Source: Bacteroidota bacterium (GTDB lineage: Bacteria > Bacteroidota > Bacteroidia > Chitinophagales > BACL12). Taken from it: 64,000 nucleotides of DNA. The notes under the pieces are model-generated. The model had not been told where the DNA came from. It did no database searches and worked only from the letters and a program-made list of their open reading frames with translations. The stretch spans positions 1,247,199-1,311,198 of the forward strand of contig JADJJZ010000003.1 of NCBI GenBank assembly GCA_016706255.1. Reading direction: 5' to 3'. Shown piece after piece: positions 9,299 to 18,596 of the stretch. Position numbers and translations under genes: made by a program. Every line of letters starts with the position of its first letter. The first letter of the stretch is position 1.

Positions 9299-10222
9299 AT
9301 GGCAAAAACTAATAAACACATATTATTTGGAAATAGGTTATTGCAATATTCTGCATTATCAGGTGCATTTATTTTAGGTAAGCCGGATCTTATATTTTCT
9401 GAAGTTGTTTACACAAATGTTGAACCTGATGTTGTGTTGGATGAAGATGATGAAGACTTTTTTTTGGACTTTAATGGTGACTTGGATAGTGATGTACATT
9501 TTTTAAATGTATCTAATTATTTTGAAGGTTATTGGACTTCCGGAAGCATTAATTACGTTTTTCCTACGGCGGAACAACGAATTAAAATTATGGCAATAGG
9601 AAATAGTATTGCAGGCAGCTTGGTAACTTATAGCACCTATTCTTCAGGAACAATACATAGAATATTTCCTTATGCTCTTGAAGAAGACCTAATTGATAAC
9701 GAATTGCAATTCCAAAATGCTTATAACCAATCCCTAAATTTCAGAAATGTTTATTATATTTTTGGAACGTATAGCAGTTACGGTGGAAACTGGTTTCCAG
9801 AATCAATAGACCATTATTTAGGCATTCGATTTAAAGATGCTGATGAAATTAAATATTACGGCTGGATTCGCTGCGATGTCAAGGATGACGGGCGTACCTT
9901 AGTAATTAAAGACTATGCATATGAAACTGAGCCCGATTATCCAATAATAGTGGGTGATACTACGCATTATGTTAACATCAATACCGGTGAAAATCAAATC
10001 GACGCCACTGCGTATAGTTTTGGTAAGGATATTTATGTCATTTCAAAAACATTTCAAAGTATTGAAATCAAAGTTTATGATTTAACTGGTAAGGAAATTA
10101 ATAATAGCCTGATGCAAAATAAAATGGAAATAATCGACATGTCTAAATGCGCTCCAGGAGTTTATTTAGTAAAATTAATTCAAGATAGTAGAACGTTTGA
10201 AAAAAAGGTGATTATTGGGTAA
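9299..10222 (+). CDS. T9SS C-terminal sorting domain protein (paralog of 3576..4472)
   Basis: Shares the block HYLGIRFKDADEIKYYGWIRCDVKDDGRTLVIKDYAYETEPDYPI. CTD-like end GVYLVKLIQDSRTFEKKVIIG. Confidence 0.7.
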   Translation: MAKTNKHILFGNRLLQYSALSGAFILGKPDLIFSEVVYTNVEPDVVLDEDDEDFFLDFNGDLDSDVHFLNVSNYFEGYWTSGSINYVFPTAEQRIKIMAIGNSIAGSLVTYSTYSSGTIHRIFPYALEEDLIDNELQFQNAYNQSLNFRNVYYIFGTYSSYGGNWFPESIDHYLGIRFKDADEIKYYGWIRCDVKDDGRTLVIKDYAYETEPDYPIIVGDTTHYVNINTGENQIDATAYSFGKDIYVISKTFQSIEIKVYDLTGKEINNSLMQNKMEIIDMSKCAPGVYLVKLIQDSRTFEKKVIIG

Positions 10223-10520
10223 ATCATTTGGGCAATTGGTTAAACTTAATTCCGGAAATCGAATTATATTTCAATGAGTTAGGTTAAAGACATTATTGTA
10301 ATTTACCTATTGATCCGTGAGCAGAAAAAATTTACTGTTAAAGGGGATTATTTATTACTACATTGACTTGATATCGGTCCGTGCAGCCTTAAAAAAAGTA
10401 AAAATATCCACACGGAATAAGTAAAATACACGCTGGAGGATAAGTAATTTTACTGGTTGAAGGAGCGGAAGTGTATTCGATTTTACAATTGATTTAAATT
10501 TGCTGCTAAGTAATGTTCTA

Positions 10521-10618
10521 TTGTGACATGGTAAAATGCATAAAATTGTCGTTTTGTAGGCTGTAAGCATCAATTATGTTATGTAATTTGTCCTGAAATG
10601 TGACATTTTTGGGATTAA
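10521..10618. repeat. conserved ~100-nt noncoding element, copy B
   Basis: Aligns with 5413..5510. It is covered only by a dubious 71-aa minus-strand ORF. Confidence 0.5.
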
Positions 10619-10801
10619 ATATGCCAGTGAGTATTGAATTTAAGATAAAACTAATTTTTGCTCATACCAAAACCGGCGAATTGCTGTAATACATGTAGTT
10701 AATTAATCATTATCAATAATTGAATTAAAAAAAAATCACCATCAGATCAATTTAAATTTATTCCCCAAAATCAGCATACAACAACCAACAAACAAAAAAA
10801 C

Positions 10802-11221
10802 ATGTATCAAAGAATTGCACATATTGCCTTAGTGGTGGAAGATTATGATGACGCTATTGAGTTCTATACTCAAAAACTCGACTTTCAATTATTAGAGGAT
10901 ACCAGGTTAAGTGATGAAAAGAGGTGGGTAATGCTTGCTCCCAAGGGTGCGAAGGAATGTTGTTTGTTACTTGCCAAAGCGGCTAATGAAAGGCAATCAT
11001 TAAGTATTGGAAATCAAACCGGCGGACGAGTTGGGTTCTTTCTCTTTACGGATGATTTTTGGAGAGATTATAATAAAATGAAAGACAGGCAAATTAATTT
11101 TGTCAGACCTCCTGAAACCTTTGAATACGGTACAGTGGCGGTTTTTGAGGACTTATACGGCAATTTATGGGATTTTATTGAACCAAGTGAAAAGAACAAA
11201 GGATTCAATAATGAAGGTTAA
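10802..11221 (+). CDS. VOC (glyoxalase/bleomycin-resistance/dioxygenase) family protein
   Basis: IAHIALVVEDYDDAIEFYTQKLDF N-terminal VOC signature; about 139 aa. Confidence 0.8.
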   Translation: MYQRIAHIALVVEDYDDAIEFYTQKLDFQLLEDTRLSDEKRWVMLAPKGAKECCLLLAKAANERQSLSIGNQTGGRVGFFLFTDDFWRDYNKMKDRQINFVRPPETFEYGTVAVFEDLYGNLWDFIEPSEKNKGFNNEG

Positions 11222-11407
11222 TTGAGGTGTTAAATTGGTAAAAAAATAACTATTAACAAGGTATTTACAAAAATAGGGTTGATAGAAATTATGGACATTT
11301 TTCCTACCCTTGGAAGTTGATTTAATTTAATCAAATGTTTTTCAACAACTTGTCTTCGCAAATACTCTAACCGTCAGAACCAACTGTAAAACAAAACTTA
11401 AAAAAAA

Positions 11408-12478
11408 ATGACATCAAACCCAGCAAAAATAATCTTCCTAATTTTTATAATATGTAACCTCATCGCTTGCAAGGGACAAGAGCAATCTGAACACAAACTG
11501 ACGAGAGCTGGAAATTTGGAAATCGGCAGAGCAGCATCCGAATTTGATAATCAGATTTGGAAAATATTTCAAGACTCGAAAGGAAAGTATTGGTTTGGCA
11601 GTAACGGAAAAGGCATCTATTACTTGGATGGAAACGATTTGAAACTGTTCACAACAATAGACGGATTAGTGAACGATACAATACGTGGTATTCAAGAAGA
11701 TATAAACGGAAATATATACATTGAAACACCCAACGGCATTAGCAAATTTAATGGAAAACAATTCACTACTTTAAAGCCAATAAAATCGACTAATAACCAA
11801 TGGAAGCTTGATAGTAATGACTTGTGGTTTGGATACAATGCATATGATTTATATCGTTATGATGGGGATTCACTTTTTGAATTAAAATTGCCAAGACAAG
11901 ACTTAAAAAAAGCCTTTGGAATAGAACCGGAAGGTGTTCCTTTTAAAGGGTTCAACAATACCCCTTATGCCGTTTTTGGAGTTAACAAAGATAATGTAGG
12001 TAATATTTGGTTTGGGACCGCTAATGCCGGTGCTTTTCGATACGACGGCAATTCATTTTTATGGTTTGGAGAAAAGGAACTTTCAACACTTCCTGACGGA
12101 CGAGTTCCCGGTGTTCGTTCAATGATTCAAGACAAAAACGGATATTTTTGGTTGAGCAATTTTATAAGCAAATATAAAATTGATGCTAACAATTTACAAT
12201 ATGTAAAAATAGAAGGTGTTAAAAAGGAAAGTCCCAATTATTTCAACTCAGGTATAGTAGATAATGATGGTAATTTATGGATGACTACTTATGGTGGTAT
12301 AGTTTGGGAATATGACGGAAAAACACTCACTAGCCTAGAAGTTAAAAAAGGTACAGAAAATGTCTTACTAGTTTCAGTTTACCAGGATAATAATGGAACA
12401 ATTTGGCTGGGAACTGACAACGACGGAGTATACAAACAAAATGGAAATAATTTTGAAAAGTTTTTTATAAATAGATGA
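11408..12478 (+). CDS. stand-alone two-component-regulator propeller (Reg_prop) sensor-domain lipoprotein
   Basis: Lipobox LIACKG. Repeated YWFGSNGKGIYYLDG / IWFGTANAGAFRYDG / IWLGTDNDGVYK blades. Paralog of 25136..26224. Confidence 0.75.
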   Translation: MTSNPAKIIFLIFIICNLIACKGQEQSEHKLTRAGNLEIGRAASEFDNQIWKIFQDSKGKYWFGSNGKGIYYLDGNDLKLFTTIDGLVNDTIRGIQEDINGNIYIETPNGISKFNGKQFTTLKPIKSTNNQWKLDSNDLWFGYNAYDLYRYDGDSLFELKLPRQDLKKAFGIEPEGVPFKGFNNTPYAVFGVNKDNVGNIWFGTANAGAFRYDGNSFLWFGEKELSTLPDGRVPGVRSMIQDKNGYFWLSNFISKYKIDANNLQYVKIEGVKKESPNYFNSGIVDNDGNLWMTTYGGIVWEYDGKTLTSLEVKKGTENVLLVSVYQDNNGTIWLGTDNDGVYKQNGNNFEKFFINR

Positions 12479-12564
12479 TAAGCAGCCGCGCCTGATGCCT
12501 ATAAATTTGCTGCTTAGAATGCTACCAGAAGTTTTCTGACAACTATATCGATACACAACAACAA

Positions 12565-13101
12565 TTGACACAACATACTATGATTGATAAAACAATTTAT
12601 AAGGACGCACCGCAATATTGTTATTACTTCTTTGACTTGGTTCAAACGGATGATTTATTAGCTGAACTTGAGAGAAGCTACCAGTTGACACAAGCGTTAT
12701 TTAGTTTAATATCACCTGAAAAAGAAAATTATGCATACAAACCAAATAAATGGACAACCAAAGAAGTAATTAGACATATAATTGACTGTGAAAGAGTTTA
12801 CACATACAGAGCATTACGTTTTTCACGGTTTGATAATACTACATTATCAGGATTTGATGAGAACCTCTATATTGATAGAATTAAAGAAGTTGAACAAAAC
12901 TTGACCGATTTAAAAGAGGAGTATGAAAATGTAAGAAAATCTACGATATCCCTTTTCAAATCAATGACGAATGAAATGTTGGACTTTAGAGGAACTGCTA
13001 ATAAAGTAGTTTTTACAGCAAGGGCACTTGGTTTTATGACTATAGGACATAATTTGCATCATTGCAATTTTATAAAGACAAATTATTTAAATGGAAAATG
13101 A
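12565..13101 (+). CDS. DinB family protein
   Basis: DinB_2-like helical bundle with conserved His residues (IRHIIDCERVY, GHNLHHCNF). TTG start; an alternative ATG lies at 12580. Confidence 0.7.
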   Translation: MTQHTMIDKTIYKDAPQYCYYFFDLVQTDDLLAELERSYQLTQALFSLISPEKENYAYKPNKWTTKEVIRHIIDCERVYTYRALRFSRFDNTTLSGFDENLYIDRIKEVEQNLTDLKEEYENVRKSTISLFKSMTNEMLDFRGTANKVVFTARALGFMTIGHNLHHCNFIKTNYLNGK

Positions 13102-13314
13102 AAAGGCAGTCATCAACTTCAGGTTGGCTTTTTAATTGGGCAAGTGAAACTTTAAAACATTTGTATCAGAATCAAGTGGACTTCCCGACATGTTGTGCAT
13201 TCCAGGCTACGTTTGTTATTGGTAAACAACATATTACAGTGCCTTATAGTAACAAAGTAGCCGGCCAAAACAAACAGTAATCGCCTGGGTTTCAGAAAAA
13301 AATTACTAAAAAAT

Positions 13315-13364
13315 TTGCGAAACCGAATAGTTGCGCATATATTTGCAACCGAATGGTTTCGCAA
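13315..13364. promoter_or_regulatory. large palindrome upstream of the arsR-like gene (candidate operator)
   Basis: TTGCGAAACC...GTTGC-N10-GCAAC...GGTTTCGCAA: a 10-bp outer and a 5-bp inner inverted repeat, ending 16 nt before the ATG at 13380. Confidence 0.45.
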
Positions 13365-13379
13365 TAATCATAACTCAGG

Positions 13380-13691
13380 ATGAGAAGAGACATTTTTCAA
13401 GCAATAGCTGATCCGACAAGAAGAGCAATTATGGTATTAATTGCTTTACATGCAATGACCCCAAATGCTATAGCACAGCACTTCGACACCTCAAGGCAAT
13501 CCATTTTCAAACATTTACGAATATTGACCGAATGTGAAATAGTAAAACAAGAATATCAAGGAAGAGAAATTTACTACTCACTTGATATTGAAAAAATAAA
13601 AGAAATTGACAAGTGGGTGGATCAGTTCAAGAAGATTTGGGAAACAAAATTCAAGCAATTGGATATTGTTTTGAACAAATTAAAAAAATAA
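13380..13691 (+). CDS. ArsR/SmtB family transcriptional regulator
   Basis: IFQAIADPTRRAIMVLIA winged-HTH signature; 103 aa. Confidence 0.85.
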   Translation: MRRDIFQAIADPTRRAIMVLIALHAMTPNAIAQHFDTSRQSIFKHLRILTECEIVKQEYQGREIYYSLDIEKIKEIDKWVDQFKKIWETKFKQLDIVLNKLKK

Positions 13692-13772
13692 TTGAAGCGG
13701 ACTTAGTACAAATAATCAAAGCTTGTTTGGAACATTTACTTAAATTATTAATCAAAATAAAAACTTAGTAAT

Positions 13773-14465
13773 ATGAATAGTTTATCAATTTTTGCAAATA
13801 GCACAATTGTTTTTGGCGTTATATCCATTCTATGTCTGCTCACATTGCATTTTACCAGTCCAGAATTTAAACCTAATTTCAGAATGGTAAGTGAATATGC
13901 TTTAGGTAAACACAAATGGTTACTTACCATGTTTTTTCTTTGTTGGGGACTTTGTTCTATCTCGTCGGGATTTATGCTCTGGAATGTGGTTACAACAGGT
14001 TGGGCAAAATTTGGTGTAGTGTTATTATTTGTGACCGGAATTGGCGCTATAATGGGTGGATTATTCGATGTGCGACACAAACTACATGGCCTTGCATTCG
14101 GCATAGGATTACCATTTTTACCAATTGGTGCCTTATTAATTTCTTACCACCTCATACAAAAAACAGAATGGCAAAATCATAGCACATTACTATTACTCTC
14201 AGGGCACGCTATTTGGATTAGTTTAATATTGATGGCTGTTTCAATGTTTTTATTATTTTCATCACTAAAAGCAAACGGCATTGCCTTTGGACCGGATGCA
14301 GCACCAATGTCAGAGCTGCCAAAAGGAGTAATTGGTATTAATGGGTGGGCAAACAGATTATTAGTTTTATGCTATATTGCATATCCAATATTAATAGCAA
14401 AACTTTTACTAACTATAATTAATCTTAAAAAAAATTTATCATTGACGGAAAACTCAATCCAATAA
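13773..14465 (+). CDS. multi-pass membrane protein (DUF998-like)
   Basis: About six hydrophobic helices. The VSEYALGKHKWL motif is reminiscent of DUF998. Confidence 0.55.
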   Translation: MNSLSIFANSTIVFGVISILCLLTLHFTSPEFKPNFRMVSEYALGKHKWLLTMFFLCWGLCSISSGFMLWNVVTTGWAKFGVVLLFVTGIGAIMGGLFDVRHKLHGLAFGIGLPFLPIGALLISYHLIQKTEWQNHSTLLLLSGHAIWISLILMAVSMFLLFSSLKANGIAFGPDAAPMSELPKGVIGINGWANRLLVLCYIAYPILIAKLLLTIINLKKNLSLTENSIQ

Positions 14466-14566
14466 TTAAGGCTACTGAAATCACAAATTGGCTCAAAGAA
14501 GAATTTGAATTAGGGCACGGTCACGCAATGGCTATTTACGCAACATTCAAAGGAAAAACTGAATGA
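14465..14566 (+). pseudogene. C-terminal remnant of a DUF4287 protein
   Basis: A start-less frame reads IKATEITNWLKEEFELGHGHAMAIYATFKGKTE*, matching the conserved C-terminus of DUF4287 proteins. The N-terminal part is missing. Confidence 0.5.
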
Positions 14567-14759
14567 AAAATAAACCATTGAACAGCTATCACTCCTGAAA
14601 AAAAATGATCGGTTCATTGCATAAAAAATCAAGACAATTATCTGCTTTATGCTTTTAATAAGAAAAGAGATGGCAAAAAAATTACTTCTCTAAGTTGCCA
14701 ACTTATTATCGCAGCAAAACCTTAATAATAAGCAAAAAAATAAATGAATCATCTACAAC

Positions 14760-15335
14760 ATGACCAAACCAACACTCCCCACCATACCATTCAAATCCCA
14801 CAAATCATTCGAAACCTGGCTTGAAAAACATCATGATAAGTCAACCGGAATTTGGATGAAAATATATAAAAAAGATTCCGGCATCAAAACAATTACTTAT
14901 GCGGAGGCATTGGATGTTGCATTATGTTTTGGTTGGATTGATGGTCAAAAACAGGCATTTGATGAACAGTGTTGGCTACAAAAATTTTGTCCGAGAACGG
15001 CAAAAAGTATTTGGTCTAAAGTGAATATTGGTCATGTGGAGCGTTTAATCAAAAATGACAAAATGCGACCAGCCGGATTAAAAGCCATTGAAAGTGCCAA
15101 AGCAGATGGCAGATGGGAAAAGGCGTACGATTCTCCAAGTAAAATGACGATACCTGAAGATTTTTTAAAAGAACTCAGGAAAAACAAAAAGGCGGAAGCG
15201 TTTTTTAAAAGTCTCAACAAAACCAACCTATTCACGATTGGATTTCAATTGCAAACAGCGAAAAAACAAGAAACCCGTGAAAAACGCATGAAGGTAATTA
15301 TTGAAAAATTGGCAAAGGGGGAGAAGTTTCATTGA
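14760..15335 (+). CDS. YdeI/OmpD-associated family protein
   Basis: FETWLEKHH...GIWMKIYKK...ALCFGWIDGQK...RPAGLKAIESAKADGRWEKAY, the typical family pattern. Confidence 0.75.
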   Translation: MTKPTLPTIPFKSHKSFETWLEKHHDKSTGIWMKIYKKDSGIKTITYAEALDVALCFGWIDGQKQAFDEQCWLQKFCPRTAKSIWSKVNIGHVERLIKNDKMRPAGLKAIESAKADGRWEKAYDSPSKMTIPEDFLKELRKNKKAEAFFKSLNKTNLFTIGFQLQTAKKQETREKRMKVIIEKLAKGEKFH

Positions 15336-15384
15336 AATATTGAAAGGTGCTTTTCTGAAAAATAGCACCATTTTTATAAAAAAA

Positions 15385-15445
15385 TGAAAGCGGTAGGACT
15401 CGAATTTAATTTTCTGACCGAAGCATCGTCCATCATTTCTAAACA
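15385..15445 (-). pseudogene. decayed tRNA-Phe remnant (3' acceptor/T-arm half retained)
   Basis: TGAAAGCGGTAGGACTCGAA matches 19 of 20 nt with the 3' end of the tRNA at 15766..15838. The following sequence keeps ATTTTC and CCATC-TTT-CT traces. Confidence 0.45.
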
Positions 15446-15765
15446 ACAAGACCAAAATACTAAGAAAATGCATAAGCCAAACTCCCCTAGAATTGGCCAT
15501 TTCTTTACAAAATCATTAAAACCTTTCGTTACTTCTAAACCAAATTGTTTGCAAAAAAATGACTGAATTTGGAATTGTGGCATTAGGTAAAATAAACCAC
15601 TAATTCAAAAACGCAATTGCTATAGATGATTTTACCCAAGATCGTGATGGTGTCCATCATTTAAATGTTTTTAGCTGGCTGCTTAATGAATTTGAAAATA
15701 AAGAATAATCCTGCAAATTATTTATTGGGTTGTTTTACTAAAAATAATTCCTCATTCTCCAAAAG

Positions 15766-15838
15766 TGGAAGCGGTAGGACTCGAACCTACATGGGCGGAT
15801 TTTCAGTCCACTGCATTGACCATCTTTGCTACACTTCC
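15766..15838 (-). tRNA. tRNA-Phe (GAA), no encoded CCA
   Basis: Reverse complement GGAAGTGTAGCAAAGATGGTCAATGCAGTGGACTGAAAATCCGCCCATGTAGGTTCGAGTCCTACCGCTTCCA folds as a cloverleaf with anticodon loop CTGAAAA. Confidence 0.85.
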
Positions 15839-15842
15839 AAAA

Positions 15843-15918
15843 TGGTGGAGACGACAGGAGTCGAACCTGTTTCTTTGGATTTTCAGTCCAACGCATAGAC
15901 CGGCTGTGCTACATCTCC
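15843..15918 (-). tRNA. tRNA-Phe (GAA), CCA encoded
   Basis: Reverse complement GGAGATGTAGCACAGCCGGTCTATGCGTTGGACTGAAAATCCAAAGAAACAGGTTCGACTCCTGTCGTCTCCACCA has anticodon loop CTGAAAA. Confidence 0.85.
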
Positions 15919-16165
15919 CTGATTAGCATAAAACAAAAAACCGTTTGCTACTTTCGTAACAAACGGTTTCAGAATTTCTTTATATATTTATCTATACGAC
16001 AAACAGAACCCGCTCGCTACGTGACTTGCAGCTAAAAAACGAGTTACTAAAATATTTGCCTGTTGACATTTTCATGGAGCAAATATACTGCAAAATTTTT
16101 TCACAACAAATTATTTTTTTAATTTAGCTACAAATCATAAATTCGTTTTATCTAAAACTTTTACC

Positions 16166-17131
16166 ATGAAAACAACATTTAAATATTTTTGCACTTTAAT
16201 AGTTATTACATTTATTTCCGGTAGCCTGTTTGGCCAAGTAGCTATCTCCAATGTCTCCGAAATTTCGAAAATTAAGAAGGGAACTACTTATGTAGTTATG
16301 AAAAATCCTAACTCGCCGATAGCTAAAGCGTATATTGATGTTTTTAACGAATACTGGACTTTTAATGAAGTTAAATTTATTAAAAATGACGAAGTTGAAA
16401 AATATCTGGCACCCAATACCTCTTTTTTTTCGATTGGAAATACACAAAAAGATATACAAGTGACAAAAACAGATGTACACAATCAAACAAATACAACGGT
16501 TTATTCCAAAAACCATATCTATTTTGAGTTGTGGACCTGCGATGAAAAATATTTTGAAAAAGAGGGAAATGAATTTAATTCAACTTATGCTATACAGGTT
16601 GCCCGCATTGAACTGTATCCGACACTGGATGCATCACTCACGCCGGAATTTCTAAATATGACTGATTATGATTGTGGTGGTTTTATTCGTAACTGGAGTC
16701 CAGGCATTTTAAAAAATGACATCCAAACTTTAATGACATTATTAAGTAAAGCTGTTGTACGTACATTAGATGAAAGTGTTGCAAATACAACTGCATTAAA
16801 AAAATTAAATACCGCGACCTTATATGTCCCTGACTATGTGTTGATAAAAAACAATAAATTCACCGGCAGCGAATCTGAAAGGTATAAAGAAAAGGATTTA
16901 TTTAAAAACTACAAATTGAAGTATGAAGTTGTTTCAATGGATGTTTTGAGCAAAAAAATCCTGGAAGCTAAGGATGACTTCTATTATTTGATTTTTGTTA
17001 AAAGTGCAACCGACAAATATGTTAATGTTATAAATGGTAATACCGGCGAAATAATTTATTCGGATTATTCTTTTAACTCGTACAATATGGATGCGGGTGA
17101 TTTAGGTAAGCTCATGAAAAAGATACAGTAA
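16166..17131 (+). CDS. secreted hypothetical protein
   Basis: Signal peptide MKTTFKYFCTLIVITFISGSLFGQ; 321 aa. Confidence 0.6.
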   Translation: MKTTFKYFCTLIVITFISGSLFGQVAISNVSEISKIKKGTTYVVMKNPNSPIAKAYIDVFNEYWTFNEVKFIKNDEVEKYLAPNTSFFSIGNTQKDIQVTKTDVHNQTNTTVYSKNHIYFELWTCDEKYFEKEGNEFNSTYAIQVARIELYPTLDASLTPEFLNMTDYDCGGFIRNWSPGILKNDIQTLMTLLSKAVVRTLDESVANTTALKKLNTATLYVPDYVLIKNNKFTGSESERYKEKDLFKNYKLKYEVVSMDVLSKKILEAKDDFYYLIFVKSATDKYVNVINGNTGEIIYSDYSFNSYNMDAGDLGKLMKKIQ

Positions 17132-17179
17132 AAACAATTTTATATTAATCATACAACCTGCAGCGGTAATTATTTATAA

Positions 17180-17207
17180 AAGTTTCTAAAAATGGAAACT
17201 TATTTTT
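17180..17207 (+). terminator. rho-independent terminator
   Basis: AAGTTTC-TAAAAATG-GAAACTT hairpin followed by ATTTTTA, 50 nt after the stop at 17131. Confidence 0.5.
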
Positions 17208-17315
17208 ATCTTTGGCCTTATACTTTTGACATTCTAGGTTGCGATTTTTGAGACGAGGTTTATGGAGGAGTCTAATGCGTTTATGATTGCATTTCACTCT
17301 AAAATTGACATTACT

Positions 17316-17642
17316 ATGGCGACAAAAAAAGATAAAACGTATTCGCTTCAGGAAATGAAGGATAAATCCATTGGTAAAGTTGGCGCACCAAAACGTGACG
17401 AATATGAATATGAACTTCGAATGGAAGTTTTGGGCAAAATGATTAAAACAGCGCGATTAGAACGCAGTTTAACACAACAGCAACTTGGCAAATTAGTAGG
17501 TGTGCAAAAAGCGCAAATTTCGAAGTTGGAAAATAGCGCCAACAGTGCAACAATTGATACAATCTATAAAATTTTTAAGGCGCTGGATGCTGAAATTAAC
17601 TTTATGGTTAAACTCGGGGATAATTTTGTGAAAATAGAATGA
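17316..17642 (+). CDS. XRE-family HTH protein (antitoxin-like, apparently orphan)
   Basis: LTQQQLGKLVGVQKAQISKLENSANSATIDTIYKIFKAL HTH. The ORF is open from 17262, but MATKKDK at 17316 is the likelier start. Confidence 0.7.
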   Translation: MATKKDKTYSLQEMKDKSIGKVGAPKRDEYEYELRMEVLGKMIKTARLERSLTQQQLGKLVGVQKAQISKLENSANSATIDTIYKIFKALDAEINFMVKLGDNFVKIE

Positions 17643-17958
17643 ACTTAAATGTTGCTCGAATGTTTAAAATAAACTTATACTCAACATTTTCAAATATTGT
17701 AATGTGGAATGTTCAATGGAGAGGCAATAAATGGTTTGAACAACACCCAAACATATCAAATTATTTGGACAGCTAAATCGTAGTTATTTTCACAAGAAGG
17801 ACTCTGTAAATCAATCCACTGCTGAAATTTAGCCTTATCTGCAATCCTTCCGTTCAATCGTAAATGTGGTAGTTATATAACTTATTTCTACAAAACTGTA
17901 ATCTTTTCAAATGTAAACCTTTGAGTTTTGTATCCCACCATTTTTGAAGAGATAGGGT

Positions 17959-18360
17959 ATGATGAACACTGCAAATTTTGAAAAGATTTATGTAAAATAT
18001 AGTCCGATGTTATTTGGGTTAGCATTGGAAATTTGTCCTTCAAAAAAACATGCAGAAGAACTATTATTGATTACGTTTAAAAAAATACATCAGGACGACA
18101 TTAACCGGGAAAAACATCCTGCCTATTGTATAACCCTCATTCGGTTAATTATAAAAACCGCTCACGGAATTTATCCGGAAAAATTTCAAACCTGTCTCAG
18201 TTTAAAACAATTTGAAACTACACCACTTTTAAACCAACTCATCTGCGACCAAAAAAGTTTGGAAGATTATTGCAAAGAAAAGCCCCTCTCGCAACAAGAA
18301 GGTTTGCAAATTATGCGCGATGAGTTTAGTAAAATAAGAAATTCAGGGAATACAGCTTAA
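17959..18360 (+). CDS. hypothetical protein (weak sigma-70 region-2-like N-terminus)
   Basis: FEKIYVKYSPMLFGLALEICPSKKHAEELLLITFKKIH resembles ECF sigma region 2. No clear region 4. Confidence 0.4.
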   Translation: MMNTANFEKIYVKYSPMLFGLALEICPSKKHAEELLLITFKKIHQDDINREKHPAYCITLIRLIIKTAHGIYPEKFQTCLSLKQFETTPLLNQLICDQKSLEDYCKEKPLSQQEGLQIMRDEFSKIRNSGNTA

Positions 18361-18596
18361 ATTTTGTAATGAAACCTTAATTTGATTGTAGGTGGCAATT
18401 GGCAAAAAACACAACTTACAATTTAGCAGCAATTTATGGGGGAATCTATTGGAATAAATAAAAGACTACATAACCATTAATTATGGTCTGGTTTGCATGA
18501 TATTATTTTATGATCCTCCAATGACATACGCTCATTGAACTTTCCCTAAATATTTATAATTTTGAACACAGAACACAAAACGTATTCCATAACCCT

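Noticed and set aside
10358-10573. 71-aa minus-strand ORF
   Set aside because: It covers the conserved noncoding element and AT-rich spacer. The paralogous element copy at 5413-5510 has no equivalent ORF.
13062-13364. ORFs 13062..13280 (+) and 13152..13364 (-)
   Set aside because: They overlap each other in the DinB-ArsR spacer, have no recognisable features, and the minus-strand ORF runs through the operator palindrome.
15665-16035. ORFs 15665..15898 (+) and 15826..16035 (+)
   Set aside because: They run antisense across the two tRNA-Phe genes and are spurious.
17132-17315. Expected a RelE/HigB-type toxin gene upstream of the XRE antitoxin-like gene
   Set aside because: Only about 130 bp lie upstream before the previous gene, and they contain a terminator hairpin. 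No toxin-sized ORF exists on either side, so the HTH gene is called an orphan.
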